64,000 nt of DNA from Chloroflexota bacterium (lineage in GTDB: Bacteria; Chloroflexota; Dehalococcoidia; DSTF01; RBG-16-68-14), in contig JADFKB010000001.1 in NCBI GenBank assembly GCA_022565155.1, positions 17,170 through 81,169 on the forward strand, read 5' to 3'. The first letter of the stretch is position 1. Each line of letters opens with the position of its first letter. The notes beneath the pieces are model-generated. The model ran no database searches. It saw only the letters and a program-made list of their open reading frames with translations, and had not been told where the DNA came from. The position numbers and the translations under genes are program-made. Below, one piece after another: positions 53,698 to 63,802 of the stretch.

Positions 53698-54954
53698 CTA
53701 CGGCGCTCCCGCGCCCTGCTCGTCCAGGAGCGTGCGGCGGAGCATGGCGAGAGCGATGCTGACGGCGCGCCTCTTGACCGCCTCCCGGCCCTGGGCGAAC
53801 TGGTAGCTGAAGCTCTGCGGCTCCGCGAAGCCGGCGTCGATGCCGATGTGGATCGTGCCGGCTGGCTTCTCCTCCTGCGGGTCCGGCCCGGCAACGCCGG
53901 TGATGCCGACGCCGATGTCGGCGGTTAGCCGCTCGCGGACGGCGCGGGACATCGCCTGGGCGCACTCGGCGCTGATCGCGCCGTGCTCGGCGATCACTTC
54001 TGGATCGACGCCCCATTCGACCTTCATCTCCGTGGCATAAGCGACAAGTCCGCCGCGAAAGTACGCGGAGCTGCCCGGCACGTTGGTAAGCGTGTGCGCG
54101 AGCAGCCCGCCGGTGCACGATTCCATCGTCGCCAACGTTAGGTTGCGCTGCCGCAGCAGCTCGCCGACGACCTGTTCCATCGAATCGTCGTCCGCGCCCC
54201 AGACGATGTCGCCTAAGATCGCGCGCATCTTCGCTTCCAGCGGCTCGATCAGCCGCTGCGCCTCATCCCGGCTGCCGGCCTTCGCGGCGATGCGGAGCTG
54301 GACACCGTCGGCCCGCGCGTACACGCCGACGCTCGGGTTGCTCGACTTCAGAAGCGGACTGACCATCTCATCGATGTGGCCTTCGCCAACGCCCGTCGTC
54401 TTCAGCGTCCGCGTCACCAGGACGGAGCGCGGAGCGTCTGCGCGCGACTCTAGCGCCGGCGCCACCTCCTTCTCCCACATGCGCTCCATCTCCGAAGGCG
54501 GGCCCGGCATCGCGACGATGATGCGCCCGTCGCGCTCCACCCACCAGCCGGGCGCCGTACCGCGCGGGTTGGGAATGGCGCGCGCAGAAGGAATCAGCAT
54601 CGCTTGTTTCAGGTTGCGCTCCGGCATCGCCGCGCCGCGCCGCGCGAAGAACTCGCGGAGCTGGTCTGCCAGCTCGCCGTCGAGACGCAGCTCTTCGTCC
54701 AGCACCTTGCCGATCGCCTCGCGCGTCAGATCGTCTTCAGTCGGGCCGAGACCGCCGGTAGTGATCACTAAATCCGAGCGATTCCAGGCCCGCTCGATCA
54801 CGCCGGCCAGCCGCTCAAGATTGTCGCCGACCTTCGAAATGTAGTAGAGATCGATGCCGTGTGCCGGCAGGCGCGCGCCGAGATACCGGGCGTTGGTATC
54901 CAGAATCTCGCCCAGAAGCAGCTCCGTACCGATCGAGATCACTTCCGCCTTCAT
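53698..54954 (-). CDS. cinA: CinA family competence/damage-inducible protein (NMN deamidase-like)
   Basis: MKAEVISIGTELLLGEILDTN MoCF-biosynthesis-like N-terminal domain plus a C-terminal CinA domain. Confidence 0.8.
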   Translation of the reverse strand: MKAEVISIGTELLLGEILDTNARYLGARLPAHGIDLYYISKVGDNLERLAGVIERAWNRSDLVITTGGLGPTEDDLTREAIGKVLDEELRLDGELADQLREFFARRGAAMPERNLKQAMLIPSARAIPNPRGTAPGWWVERDGRIIVAMPGPPSEMERMWEKEVAPALESRADAPRSVLVTRTLKTTGVGEGHIDEMVSPLLKSSNPSVGVYARADGVQLRIAAKAGSRDEAQRLIEPLEAKMRAILGDIVWGADDDSMEQVVGELLRQRNLTLATMESCTGGLLAHTLTNVPGSSAYFRGGLVAYATEMKVEWGVDPEVIAEHGAISAECAQAMSRAVRERLTADIGVGITGVAGPDPQEEKPAGTIHIGIDAGFAEPQSFSYQFAQGREAVKRRAVSIALAMLRRTLLDEQGAGAP

Positions 54955-55126
54955 AGGCGAGGGCAGCATATGACACGGCTTCGCATCCGTCAAGGTGCCG
55001 TACGCCGCGCAGTGTTTCTTAACAGACCCGTCAGTCTTCTCTAGGGACTGCCGATACTAACATAGCGATGCTCCAGGTTATTTGGTTGGGTATTGACCTA
55101 TACAGTATGTCAGTCCTAGGAAATCG

Positions 55127-56836
55127 ATGGTAGAAGAAGCGGACACTCGCAATCCGCCCGGACAGCATCATGAGGAGCAGTCCCGTGAACCGCTCCGGCG
55201 CGTGAACCAGGAATTGGAAGAGCGCGTCCGGGAACGCACCGCCCTCTACGAGCTGGCCAATGCGGCGTTGCAGGAGAGCGAAGAGCGCCTGCGTACCGTG
55301 ATCGGTAACGCCCCGGTCGTGCTATTCGCGCTGGACACCGAGGGCGTCTTTACGTTGGCGGAAGGGAAGGGGCTGGATGATCTCGGCATCGCGCCGGACG
55401 AGCTTGTCGGCCGGCCGGTGTTCGATATGTTCGCCAGCCAGCCGGAAGTTCACGAGAGCGTGCGCAAGGCGCTCGCCGGTGAGCCGGCTACGACCATGGT
55501 CGGCATCAATACCGCGTTTGAGGCGCGGCTGTCGCCGGTGCGGGACGAGGACGGCAACGTCACCGGCGTCATCGGCGTGGCGACGGATATCACGGAGCGC
55601 AAGCAAGCGGAGGAGTCGCTACAGCGATTCGTCTCGCTCATTGAAAACAGCTCCGACTTCATCGGTATGGCGAACCTTGACGGACAAGTAACGTTCGTCA
55701 ACGAGGCCGGGCTGGAGCTGGTGGGACTGAAGAGTCTTGAAGACGCTCAGTCGCTAACCATGTACGAGTTCTTGATGGAAGACGACCTGCCAACGTTTGA
55801 GCGGCAGATGCTGCCAGAGATCATGGAGAAGGGACGCTGGCAAGGGGAATTCAGGCTCAGGCACTTCAAGTCCGGCGCGGGAATCCCTATCGACTTCAAC
55901 GTCTTCACGATTAGCCACGAGGAGACCGGCGAACCGTTCGGCATCGCCACAGTGAGCCGTGACATCACGGAGCGCAAGCGGATACAAGAAGAGATCGGCG
56001 TTCTAGCGAGATTCCCGGCGGAGAATCCCAGCCCTGTCTTACGCATCGGGCAAGATGGAACGATCATCTACGCCAACAACCCAAGCCTGCCTCTGCTACA
56101 AGCCTGGGGCTGCAAGATTGGCCAACCGCTGCGCAAGGACTGGCAGCCGTTGATCTCGGAGGTGCTCGCCTCCGGCTCGACGAGGGAAGTAGAGAGCGAT
56201 TGCGAGGACTTGATCTTTTCTATTACCTTTGCGCCGGTTCCGGAGGCCGGGTATGTCAATCTATACGGTCGTGACATCACCGAAAGTAAGCGCGTGGAGC
56301 AAGCGCTGCGCGACGCCGCTAACCACGATCCGCTCACCGGCCTGCTCAACCGCCGGGCCGGCAACACCGCCATCGAAGAGCGGCTGACGGAAGCGCAGGG
56401 TAACAACAAGACCTTCGTCATGATGGTGCTCGATCTCGACAGGTTCAAGTCGATCAACGACTCGTTCGGCCACGAGACGGGCGATGCGGCGCTGGTGCAG
56501 TTCGCCGACGTGCTGTCCGAGCTCGTCGGCGAGAGCGGCGTTGTCTGCCGCATCGGCGGCGACGAGTTCGGCGTTGGGATGGAAGACGTAGACGAAGATC
56601 AGGCCTTCAGCTTCGCCCGCCGCGTGCAGACCTCCCTCCGCCACGCCCTGGCAAGTTCAGACAGTGCGTTGCGGCCGCAGTTCACCGTTAGCGTCGGCAT
56701 CGCCTGCTATCCGGACGACGGCGATAATGTGTCTATCCTCGGCCGCCGCGCAGACCGGGCGATGTACGAGGCGAAGGTCGCCGGCTGCGACACGAGCCGG
56801 GCCTGGCGTCAGATCGATTCCAGCCAAGCCGCGTAG
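55127..56836 (+). CDS. Diguanylate cyclase with tandem PAS/PAC sensor domains
   Basis: Three PAS-like segments, then a GGDEF domain with RIGGDEFGV. Confidence 0.85.
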   Translation: MVEEADTRNPPGQHHEEQSREPLRRVNQELEERVRERTALYELANAALQESEERLRTVIGNAPVVLFALDTEGVFTLAEGKGLDDLGIAPDELVGRPVFDMFASQPEVHESVRKALAGEPATTMVGINTAFEARLSPVRDEDGNVTGVIGVATDITERKQAEESLQRFVSLIENSSDFIGMANLDGQVTFVNEAGLELVGLKSLEDAQSLTMYEFLMEDDLPTFERQMLPEIMEKGRWQGEFRLRHFKSGAGIPIDFNVFTISHEETGEPFGIATVSRDITERKRIQEEIGVLARFPAENPSPVLRIGQDGTIIYANNPSLPLLQAWGCKIGQPLRKDWQPLISEVLASGSTREVESDCEDLIFSITFAPVPEAGYVNLYGRDITESKRVEQALRDAANHDPLTGLLNRRAGNTAIEERLTEAQGNNKTFVMMVLDLDRFKSINDSFGHETGDAALVQFADVLSELVGESGVVCRIGGDEFGVGMEDVDEDQAFSFARRVQTSLRHALASSDSALRPQFTVSVGIACYPDDGDNVSILGRRADRAMYEAKVAGCDTSRAWRQIDSSQAA

Positions 56837-57033
56837 CAGAGTTCCTTCATAACGCAACGCCGCTCATCGTCGGCACTCCTCTCCGCGCAGCCAGCAACGC
56901 CTGATCCCTCCCGGCGCATGGGCCAGCGGCGGCTTGACTCGATTTCCAACCCAGGGCTACCATCCAATGGGCGCGCAGCCCGAACGAACGGATTACACCT
57001 GCCCGCCGAACGGGCTGGGCGCCCTGATGCTCT

Positions 57034-57873
57034 ATGCGTTTCCGCGAAAAGCTGAACTCCGCCGCCCAGAAGAACAGCAGCCTGCTCTGCGTCGGGCTGG
57101 ATCCCGATCCGGCGCGCGTGGCCATCGGCGACGCCGCCTCCTTCCTCTGCGCCATCGTTGAGGCGACGAGCGATCTGGTCTGCGCCTACAAGCCCAACCT
57201 CGCCTTCTACGAGCAGATGGGCGAAGCCGGCTACGCCGCCCTGCGCGCAGTGATGCGGGCGATACCGGATCACATTCCGGTGCTGGCCGACGGCAAGCGC
57301 GGCGACATCGGCCACACGGCAGCGGCATATGCCAGCGCGCTCTTCGACGAGTGGGGGTTCGATGCGGCGACGGTCAACCCGTACTTAGGCGGAGATGCAG
57401 TCGAACCGTTCGTCGAGTACGCGGACCGCGGTATCTTCATCGTCTGCCGCACCTCCAACCCCGGCGCGCGCGATCTGCAGGACCTCAGCGTGAGCGGGAG
57501 CGAAGGCCCGCGTCCGCTGTACCAGGCCGTCGCGGAACTGGCGAAGCAGTGGAACAGCCGCGGCAACGTCGGCCTCGTCACCGGCGCGACGTACCCGGAT
57601 GAGCTTGGAGAGCTTCGGCAGCTCTGCCCGGAGATGCCGTTCCTGATTCCCGGCGTCGGAGCGCAGGCCGGCGACTTGGCGAAGGCCGTGCGGGCCGGCC
57701 TGGACGCGGACGGCGGCGGCATCCTGGTCAACGCCTCCCGCAAGGTGCTCTACGCATCGCAAGAAACCGGGCAAGGAACCGGCTTTGCAGAAGCAGCACG
57801 CCGCGAGGCGCTCGCGATCCGCGATGCCATCGAAGCTGAGCGCAGCGCCGCGCGTGCAGGACCAGCGGCCTAA
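57034..57873 (+). CDS. pyrF: Orotidine 5'-phosphate decarboxylase (type 2)
   Basis: LCVGLDPD, ADGKRGDIGHT, and a C-terminal G-rich loop. Confidence 0.85.
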   Translation: MRFREKLNSAAQKNSSLLCVGLDPDPARVAIGDAASFLCAIVEATSDLVCAYKPNLAFYEQMGEAGYAALRAVMRAIPDHIPVLADGKRGDIGHTAAAYASALFDEWGFDAATVNPYLGGDAVEPFVEYADRGIFIVCRTSNPGARDLQDLSVSGSEGPRPLYQAVAELAKQWNSRGNVGLVTGATYPDELGELRQLCPEMPFLIPGVGAQAGDLAKAVRAGLDADGGGILVNASRKVLYASQETGQGTGFAEAARREALAIRDAIEAERSAARAGPAA

Positions 57874-57874
57874 C

Positions 57875-58144
57875 ATGCCGGAGGAGTTCCGGATGGGCGA
57901 CGTGGTGCGCTTACGCAAACCCCATCCCTGCGGCGCTTCCGAATGGGAGGTGACGAGGCTAGGAGCCGACATCGGCTTACGCTGCCGTGGCTGCCACCGC
58001 CGCGTGCTGCTGGAACGCCGGACGCTAGAGCGGCGCATGCAAACGTTCGTCTCCCGCGGCGAGCCGACGGACCCTGAGAAGGAGCGGCTGATCTATCATC
58101 AAGGCGACTGGCAGGACGAACGGCAGGACGAGCCGACGGCATGA
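57875..58144 (+). CDS. DUF951-like small Cys-rich protein
   Basis: GDVVRLRKPHPCGASEWEVTRLGADIGLRCRGCHRRV pattern; ATG at 57875, 2 nt after the pyrF stop. Confidence 0.6.
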   Translation: MPEEFRMGDVVRLRKPHPCGASEWEVTRLGADIGLRCRGCHRRVLLERRTLERRMQTFVSRGEPTDPEKERLIYHQGDWQDERQDEPTA

Positions 58145-59508
58145 CGGTCGAAGAGACGACGAAGACCAAGCCGCGATCGTGGCGCTGGGAGTCGCTGACC
58201 GGCGGCGGCGCAATCCTTCAAGAAGACGGCTTCCGCCGACTCTGGATGGGCCGCGTCGCCGCCCACAGCGCGCTCAATGCAGTTCTCTTTACGCTGCTGG
58301 TGCTGGCCGTGGGTGAGGGGAGCGGCGCCGGCATCAAGAGCGCCCTCTTCATTACTGCCTACCTGCTACCAACGGCCACGCTGGGCACGATCTCCGGCGT
58401 TCTCGTTGACCGGCTGCCGAAGAACCTGGTGCTCACCGGCGTCAACCTTGCGCGGATGGGCCTGATGATCGTCCTGCTGATGTCCAGCACGCAGCTCTGG
58501 ATCGTCTACGCGATAGCGCTGCTCGTCGCCGTCACGTCACAGCTCGCGTCGCCAGCGGAGGCGGCGGCGCTGCCGCAGGTCGTGCGCCGCGATCAGTTGA
58601 CGCTGGCGAACTCGACGAACAACTTCGGCGCGCTGGTGAGCCAGGTCGTCGGCTTCGCCGTCCTGCCGCCCATGTTCCTCAACACCGTTGGCGCCAGACC
58701 GCTCTTCTTCGTCGCCGCGGTGCTCTTCGGCGTCTCCGCAGTCTTCTTCCTCGGCATCCGCAGCCTGGGACCACGACGGGTCAACATCGACGATACGATC
58801 GGCGCGGTACGCGATGTGCGCAAACACTTCGCGGAGAGCTGGGAGCGGCTCAGTCGAGACCTTATGGCGTACATGAGCGTGATCATCCTCGTCCTGGCGA
58901 GCACCGCCACCCTGGTGGCCGTAACGCTGATGCCTCGATTCGCCCAGGACACGCTGGATATCCCTGTGCGGAACGCGATCTTTGTTTTTCTGCCGGCGGC
59001 CGTTGGCGTCGTCGCCGGCCTGCGGCTTGTGCAGTGGTTGGAGCGCCGCCTGGCGCAGGGCTGGCTCATTGGCGCCGGGTTCGTGCTGCTTGTATCTTCT
59101 TTCGCCGGTCTCGCCCTGACCGAGCCCTTGGCGGACGTACTGGAGAGCGGCAACCCCCTCGGCTTCTTCGACCCCGGGCCGTTCGGAGACACCTCCGCGC
59201 GGATCGTCGTCACGATCATGTTCTCGACCATCGCGGCCTTTTCGTTCTCGGTCCTGGGCGTGGCCAGTCGCTCTCTGGTGAACCAGCGTATACCTTTGGA
59301 GATGCAGGGCCGTGTTTTCGCAGCGCAGGTGGTGCTGACCAACCTGGCATCGATACCACCGATCTTGCTGGCCGGCCTGCTGTCGGAGCTGTTGGGAGTG
59401 GAACCCGTGATGTTCTTCACCATGCTCATCCTGCTGGGCGCGGCGGCCTGGGCGTTAGCGCGCGCGTTATCGCGCCCGCAACCTATGGATTATGCTGAAG
59501 CGAGTTGA
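58141..59508 (+). CDS. MFS transporter
   Basis: 12-TM MFS profile; its start overlaps the upstream stop (ATGA). Confidence 0.8.
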   Translation: MTVEETTKTKPRSWRWESLTGGGAILQEDGFRRLWMGRVAAHSALNAVLFTLLVLAVGEGSGAGIKSALFITAYLLPTATLGTISGVLVDRLPKNLVLTGVNLARMGLMIVLLMSSTQLWIVYAIALLVAVTSQLASPAEAAALPQVVRRDQLTLANSTNNFGALVSQVVGFAVLPPMFLNTVGARPLFFVAAVLFGVSAVFFLGIRSLGPRRVNIDDTIGAVRDVRKHFAESWERLSRDLMAYMSVIILVLASTATLVAVTLMPRFAQDTLDIPVRNAIFVFLPAAVGVVAGLRLVQWLERRLAQGWLIGAGFVLLVSSFAGLALTEPLADVLESGNPLGFFDPGPFGDTSARIVVTIMFSTIAAFSFSVLGVASRSLVNQRIPLEMQGRVFAAQVVLTNLASIPPILLAGLLSELLGVEPVMFFTMLILLGAAAWALARALSRPQPMDYAEAS

Positions 59509-60901
59509 AGTGGCGTCCCACGAGACAGCGGAGCACGTACCGCCGGTTCTCTCCAACCGGAGCTTCCGCCTGCTCTGGTTGGCGCAGATCACGTCACAAA
59601 CGGCCCAGAACGCGATCCTCTACGCTCTGATCATCGTCGTTCTCGGCCTAACGGAGTCGACGACGAACGCGAGCGGCGTGATACTAGCCTTCGTCATTCC
59701 GATCGCGCTCTTCGGCGTCTTTTCCGGCGTGCTCGTCGATCGTTGGGACAAGCGCCGGTTGTTGATCCTGACGAACATCGGCCGGGCGCTGATGGCGGTG
59801 GCGTTTTTCTTCGCCCGCGAGCACGTGTGGGCGCTCTACTCCATCACCGTCGTCTTCGCCAGCTTCAGCCAGCTCTTCACGACGAGCAGCGCGACCTCGA
59901 TCCCGTTCATCGTCTCGCGCAAGCAGCTCATCTCCGCGAACAGCCTCTACAGCGGCGGCTTCACCGTCGCCCAGGTCGCAGGGCTGATCGTCCTCTCGCC
60001 AACGATATTGAAGACCGCGGGCGCCGGGGTCCTATTCATTAGCATGGCCGTCGTCTTCATCGTCGCCAGTCTGCTCGCTCGCTTCCAGCCGCACATCGGC
60101 GACGACGATGATGAGCATTCGTACAGCGCCTTCCCAGGCCGCGAGGAGTTGCGCGGCGCGGCGTCCGAGTTCCTGAAGGCGCTGAGCGGGCTGCGCGCCG
60201 ACCCGCTCTCCGCGCTGGCGATGGGACACATCGCGCTTAGCAGCACGCTGATCCTGCTCTTCGCGATCTTAATCCCGCGCTACATGCAGGCGATCCTTGA
60301 GGTCTCCGCAGACGACGCCGTCGTCGTGTTCGCGCCGGTCGCCGTCGGCGCCCTGCTCGGCCTGCGCTTCGTGCCCTGGGTGGTGTCGCGACTGGGGAAT
60401 ACCCGCACGGTCGCGATCGGCCTCTTCGGCCTCGCCCTCTCTCTCGGCGCGCTCGGCTTCGTCGAGATGATCGGCGATGCGTTGGAGCGTACGGAGACGT
60501 TCAACCCGTTCGGCGCCGATCCGTTCTTCGGCCGCTCGATCCTCGTCACGCTCACCACGATCTTCGCCGGCCCCATGGGCTTCGCATACGCTATGCTGAA
60601 CACGCCGGCCCAGACGACGCTGCATGAGCGCACGCCCGTCGAGATGCGCGGGCGGGTGATCGCATCGCAGATGGTGCTCGCAAACGGAGTAGCGCTTATC
60701 CCGCTAGTGGTGATGGGTGGAATTGCCGACCTTTATGGTGTCAGTACAGTGATACTCGCGATCAGCGCGTTCCTAGTAGGAGCGGGAGTGTTCAGCCTCT
60801 ACTTAGAACGGCGCTGGTTGCAGGGCGAGGGCGATTGGCCGCCCCCGTCGGCGGGCGGCCACCCGCCCCAGGCGGTGCCAGGTTCGATTGACACGGAATA
60901 G
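59492..60901 (+). CDS. MFS transporter (paralog of the adjacent gene)
   Basis: Same architecture as the previous MFS gene, with a short overlap. Confidence 0.8.
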   Translation: MLKRVEVASHETAEHVPPVLSNRSFRLLWLAQITSQTAQNAILYALIIVVLGLTESTTNASGVILAFVIPIALFGVFSGVLVDRWDKRRLLILTNIGRALMAVAFFFAREHVWALYSITVVFASFSQLFTTSSATSIPFIVSRKQLISANSLYSGGFTVAQVAGLIVLSPTILKTAGAGVLFISMAVVFIVASLLARFQPHIGDDDDEHSYSAFPGREELRGAASEFLKALSGLRADPLSALAMGHIALSSTLILLFAILIPRYMQAILEVSADDAVVVFAPVAVGALLGLRFVPWVVSRLGNTRTVAIGLFGLALSLGALGFVEMIGDALERTETFNPFGADPFFGRSILVTLTTIFAGPMGFAYAMLNTPAQTTLHERTPVEMRGRVIASQMVLANGVALIPLVVMGGIADLYGVSTVILAISAFLVGAGVFSLYLERRWLQGEGDWPPPSAGGHPPQAVPGSIDTE

Positions 60902-60941
60902 AGGCGTCGGCTAGACTGACTTTGATCGAGGAGGTGCAACG

Positions 60942-61481
60942 TTGATCGAGATGTCCATCGAAGGCATCCGCGTGAGCCTGATGAACTATCAACGGGTGGT
61001 CATCCTAAAAGAGAAAGAGGCTGACCGTTACCTCCCGATCTGGATCGGCCCCGCTGAAGCGGATGCGATCACCGTTCGACTCCAAGATGTCGCCGTCGCC
61101 CGTCCGCTTACGCACGATCTGCTTCGTGACGTGATGGAGAAGCTGGGCGCCCAGGTAGAATGCGTGGTCGTCAACGACCTGGAGGACGACACTTTCTTCG
61201 CGCGTATCATGATTAGCTTCAATGGCGAGCAGATCGAGATCGACTCCCGGCCGAGCGACGCGATCGCCCTCGCGGTGCGTGTGCAAGTGCCGATCTACGC
61301 TGAGGACGCTGTCTTGGACAAGGCGGGCGTAAGGCTGGACAAGGAAGGCCAGCCGCTAGAAGCGGCGGCGCACCAGGAGACGATCAGCAAGGTGAACGAA
61401 GAGGAGCTGCAACGCATGTCCGCCTTCCGCGACTTCATTGAGAGTCTGGACCTGGACGACTTCGACAAGCGCAAATCATAG
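60942..61481 (+). CDS. Bifunctional nuclease (BFN/DUF151) family protein
   Basis: TTG start after GGAGG; VVILKEKEADRYLPIWIGPAEADAI...SRPSDAIALAVR is characteristic of DUF151. Confidence 0.7.
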   Translation: MIEMSIEGIRVSLMNYQRVVILKEKEADRYLPIWIGPAEADAITVRLQDVAVARPLTHDLLRDVMEKLGAQVECVVVNDLEDDTFFARIMISFNGEQIEIDSRPSDAIALAVRVQVPIYAEDAVLDKAGVRLDKEGQPLEAAAHQETISKVNEEELQRMSAFRDFIESLDLDDFDKRKS

Positions 61482-61630
61482 CTACCAGCCGAATCTAGAT
61501 ATCGAAGCGCCCCGAGCAATCGGGGCGCTTTCTCATTGCGCGGCATGCTCCTTCGCATCAGTTGATCGTGCGAACCTTTTGTGATAGTCTTCCCAAAGTC
61601 GCGAGGGCAGGATACTAATAGAGGGTTGAT

Positions 61631-61846
61631 ATGGACCGTCTGCCACCCGCTGCGCGGCTCATTGGCATCGGCTGGTTTTTTGCCACATGCATCGTCATCG
61701 GGGTCGTTGGTGGCGTCCTGCTTGACCGGATTGCAGACACTCGCCCACTGCTGACCCTGTCCGGGATGGCGTTAGGAATGCTTACCGCCTTTTACGGCGG
61801 CTATCGCATGATCATGGACGTTTTGCAACAGAACGGCAAGGAGTAA
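61631..61846 (+). CDS. ATP synthase protein I / AtpZ-like small membrane protein
   Basis: 71 aa, 2-TM, immediately upstream of atpB. Confidence 0.5.
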   Translation: MDRLPPAARLIGIGWFFATCIVIGVVGGVLLDRIADTRPLLTLSGMALGMLTAFYGGYRMIMDVLQQNGKE

Positions 61847-61856
61847 GCACAGCACC

Positions 61857-62975
61857 GTGTCTGGTCGATTGCGGACTTTCGGGATCGTTGCCGGTGCGAT
61901 CCTTCTTGTCGTTATCGGGTTTATCTTCCTCCGCGGGCCGAAGCCCCAAATCGAGATTAAGGCGGAGACGCTCTGGACGATCGGCTTCTTCGAGATCACC
62001 AACACGCTCTTCACCGCCTGGATCGTCATCGCCATCCTCGTCGTCGTTGCCATACTGTCGACACGAAAGATGCGCTACGTCCCGTCCGGCCTGCAGAACG
62101 GGATGGAGGCGATCGTCGAGGCGCTCTACACACTCTGCGTCAACACCGTCGGCGAGAAGAACGGACGGCGCTTCTTCCCCGTCATCGCCACCATCTTCCT
62201 CTACATCATCGTTTCAAACTGGATGGCCCTGACGCCGATCTTTAATGCCATCGGCAAAGTCGAACCGATCGGCGTGGAAGAGGAGCACTTTTTTGAAGAG
62301 GCGCTCATCTTTGAAGATGCAGCCGGAGTCTCCGTCATTCTGCCGGGCTCAAAGGAGATCGAGTTCCACGTGAACGAGGGGCAGTGCGCCGGGCTGGAAG
62401 GCCAAGAGCATGAGGAGTGCCTCGTCCGCGAGCGCGGGGTGGCTATTGCTGCGGCGCTTGAGGAGGAGAACGTTTCCGAAGACGCGACGGTGGGTATCCT
62501 GGCGCCGTACTTTCGCGGCGTCAACACCGACCTGATGTCGCCCCTCTCGCTTGCCATCGTCTCCGCTATCTTCGTCGAGTTCTGGGGCATCAGCACGCTA
62601 GGGCTGGTCGGCTACGGCAGCAGGTTCTTTAACTTCCGGCGGCTGGCTCGCGGCAACCTGATGGGCATCATTGATGTCTTCGTGGGTCTCTTAGAGATCA
62701 TCGCAGAGTTCGCCCGTCTGATCAGCTTCACCTTCCGATTGTTCGGGAACATGCTGGCCGGTGAGGTGCTGCTATTGGTGATGACGTTCCTGATCCCCTT
62801 GTTAATTGCGCTGCCTTTTTACGGGCTGGAACTCTTTGTGGGAGCGGTGCAGGCATTCGTCTTCGCCATGCTCACCCTGGTCTTCGGCGCGCTGGCAGTA
62901 ACCAGCCACGGCGATCACGAAGAAACATCGCACACGAATTCCGGCGAGGTCGCCGCAGTTCACACGGCAGAATAG
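61857..62975 (+). CDS. atpB: ATP synthase F0 subunit a with an acidic insertion of about 100 aa
   Basis: C-terminal RLISFTFRLFGNMLAGE (conserved Arg) and the final TM helices are typical; between the early helices there is an extra segment rich in Glu, containing CAGLEGQEHEEC. Confidence 0.8.
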   Translation: MSGRLRTFGIVAGAILLVVIGFIFLRGPKPQIEIKAETLWTIGFFEITNTLFTAWIVIAILVVVAILSTRKMRYVPSGLQNGMEAIVEALYTLCVNTVGEKNGRRFFPVIATIFLYIIVSNWMALTPIFNAIGKVEPIGVEEEHFFEEALIFEDAAGVSVILPGSKEIEFHVNEGQCAGLEGQEHEECLVRERGVAIAAALEEENVSEDATVGILAPYFRGVNTDLMSPLSLAIVSAIFVEFWGISTLGLVGYGSRFFNFRRLARGNLMGIIDVFVGLLEIIAEFARLISFTFRLFGNMLAGEVLLLVMTFLIPLLIALPFYGLELFVGAVQAFVFAMLTLVFGALAVTSHGDHEETSHTNSGEVAAVHTAE

Positions 62976-62997
62976 TAAGGAGAGGGAGGAACACACT

Positions 62998-63261
62998 ATG
63001 GACATCACTGCACTGGTTCCGTTGCTGGCGCTGTCCGATGAATCACTGAGGTTCATCGGCGCTGGCCTCGCCATCGGGATCGGCGGCGCCGGGCCGGCCA
63101 TCGGCATCGGCATGCTCGTCTCGAAGGCGATGGAGGCGCTGGGCCGCAACCCCGAGGCGCAGCCCGTCATTCAGACCAACATGATCCTGGGCATGGCGTT
63201 TGCGGAGGCGATCGCGATCTACGCTTTTGTCGTCGCCCTCATGATCGGCTTCGTCCTATAG
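62998..63261 (+). CDS. atpE: ATP synthase F0 subunit c
   Basis: 87 aa hairpin with a GAGLAIGIGGAGPAIGIG motif and the conserved carboxylate in AFAEAIAIYAF. Confidence 0.9.
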   Translation: MDITALVPLLALSDESLRFIGAGLAIGIGGAGPAIGIGMLVSKAMEALGRNPEAQPVIQTNMILGMAFAEAIAIYAFVVALMIGFVL

Positions 63262-63304
63262 CCAAGCGCGTGGACTCATGCGCTGAGCAAGAAGAGGGTT
63301 CGAA

Positions 63305-63802
63305 ATGGACGAACTAGGTTTTAATCTCCCAGTACTGATAGCCCAGGTTGTGAACTTTTTCCTCCTGCTGGTGCTGCTCCGCATCTTCCTTTACAAACCG
63401 GTCCTGGAGATGCTCGATCGGCGCGCCCAGCGCATCCGCGAGGGCGTAGAGGCGGCCGACAAATCGAAGGAGCGCGCTTCCGCAGGGGAGCAAGAGGTCG
63501 CCCGGCAGTTGGATGCCTCTCGAGAGCAGGGCCAGGCGCTGATCGCCCAGGCCCAGGAAGCGGCGAACCGCATCCAGCAGGAGGCGCGCAGCCAGGCGCG
63601 TCAGGAGGGCGAGACGATGCTGGAGCGCGCCCGCACCGAGATCCAGTTGGAGCGTGACCAGGCGATCGCGGAGCTGCGCGGCGAATTCGCAGACCTGACG
63701 GTGAGCGCAGCAGAGAAGGTGATCGGCCAATCGCTCGACCGGCAAGCGCACCGGCGCCTGATCGACGAAGTGCTGGCAGAAGCGACGTTCAAGGAGAACT
63801 AG
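63305..63802 (+). CDS. atpF: ATP synthase F0 subunit b
   Basis: N-terminal TM helix followed by a long charged helix. Confidence 0.8.
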   Translation: MDELGFNLPVLIAQVVNFFLLLVLLRIFLYKPVLEMLDRRAQRIREGVEAADKSKERASAGEQEVARQLDASREQGQALIAQAQEAANRIQQEARSQARQEGETMLERARTEIQLERDQAIAELRGEFADLTVSAAEKVIGQSLDRQAHRRLIDEVLAEATFKEN

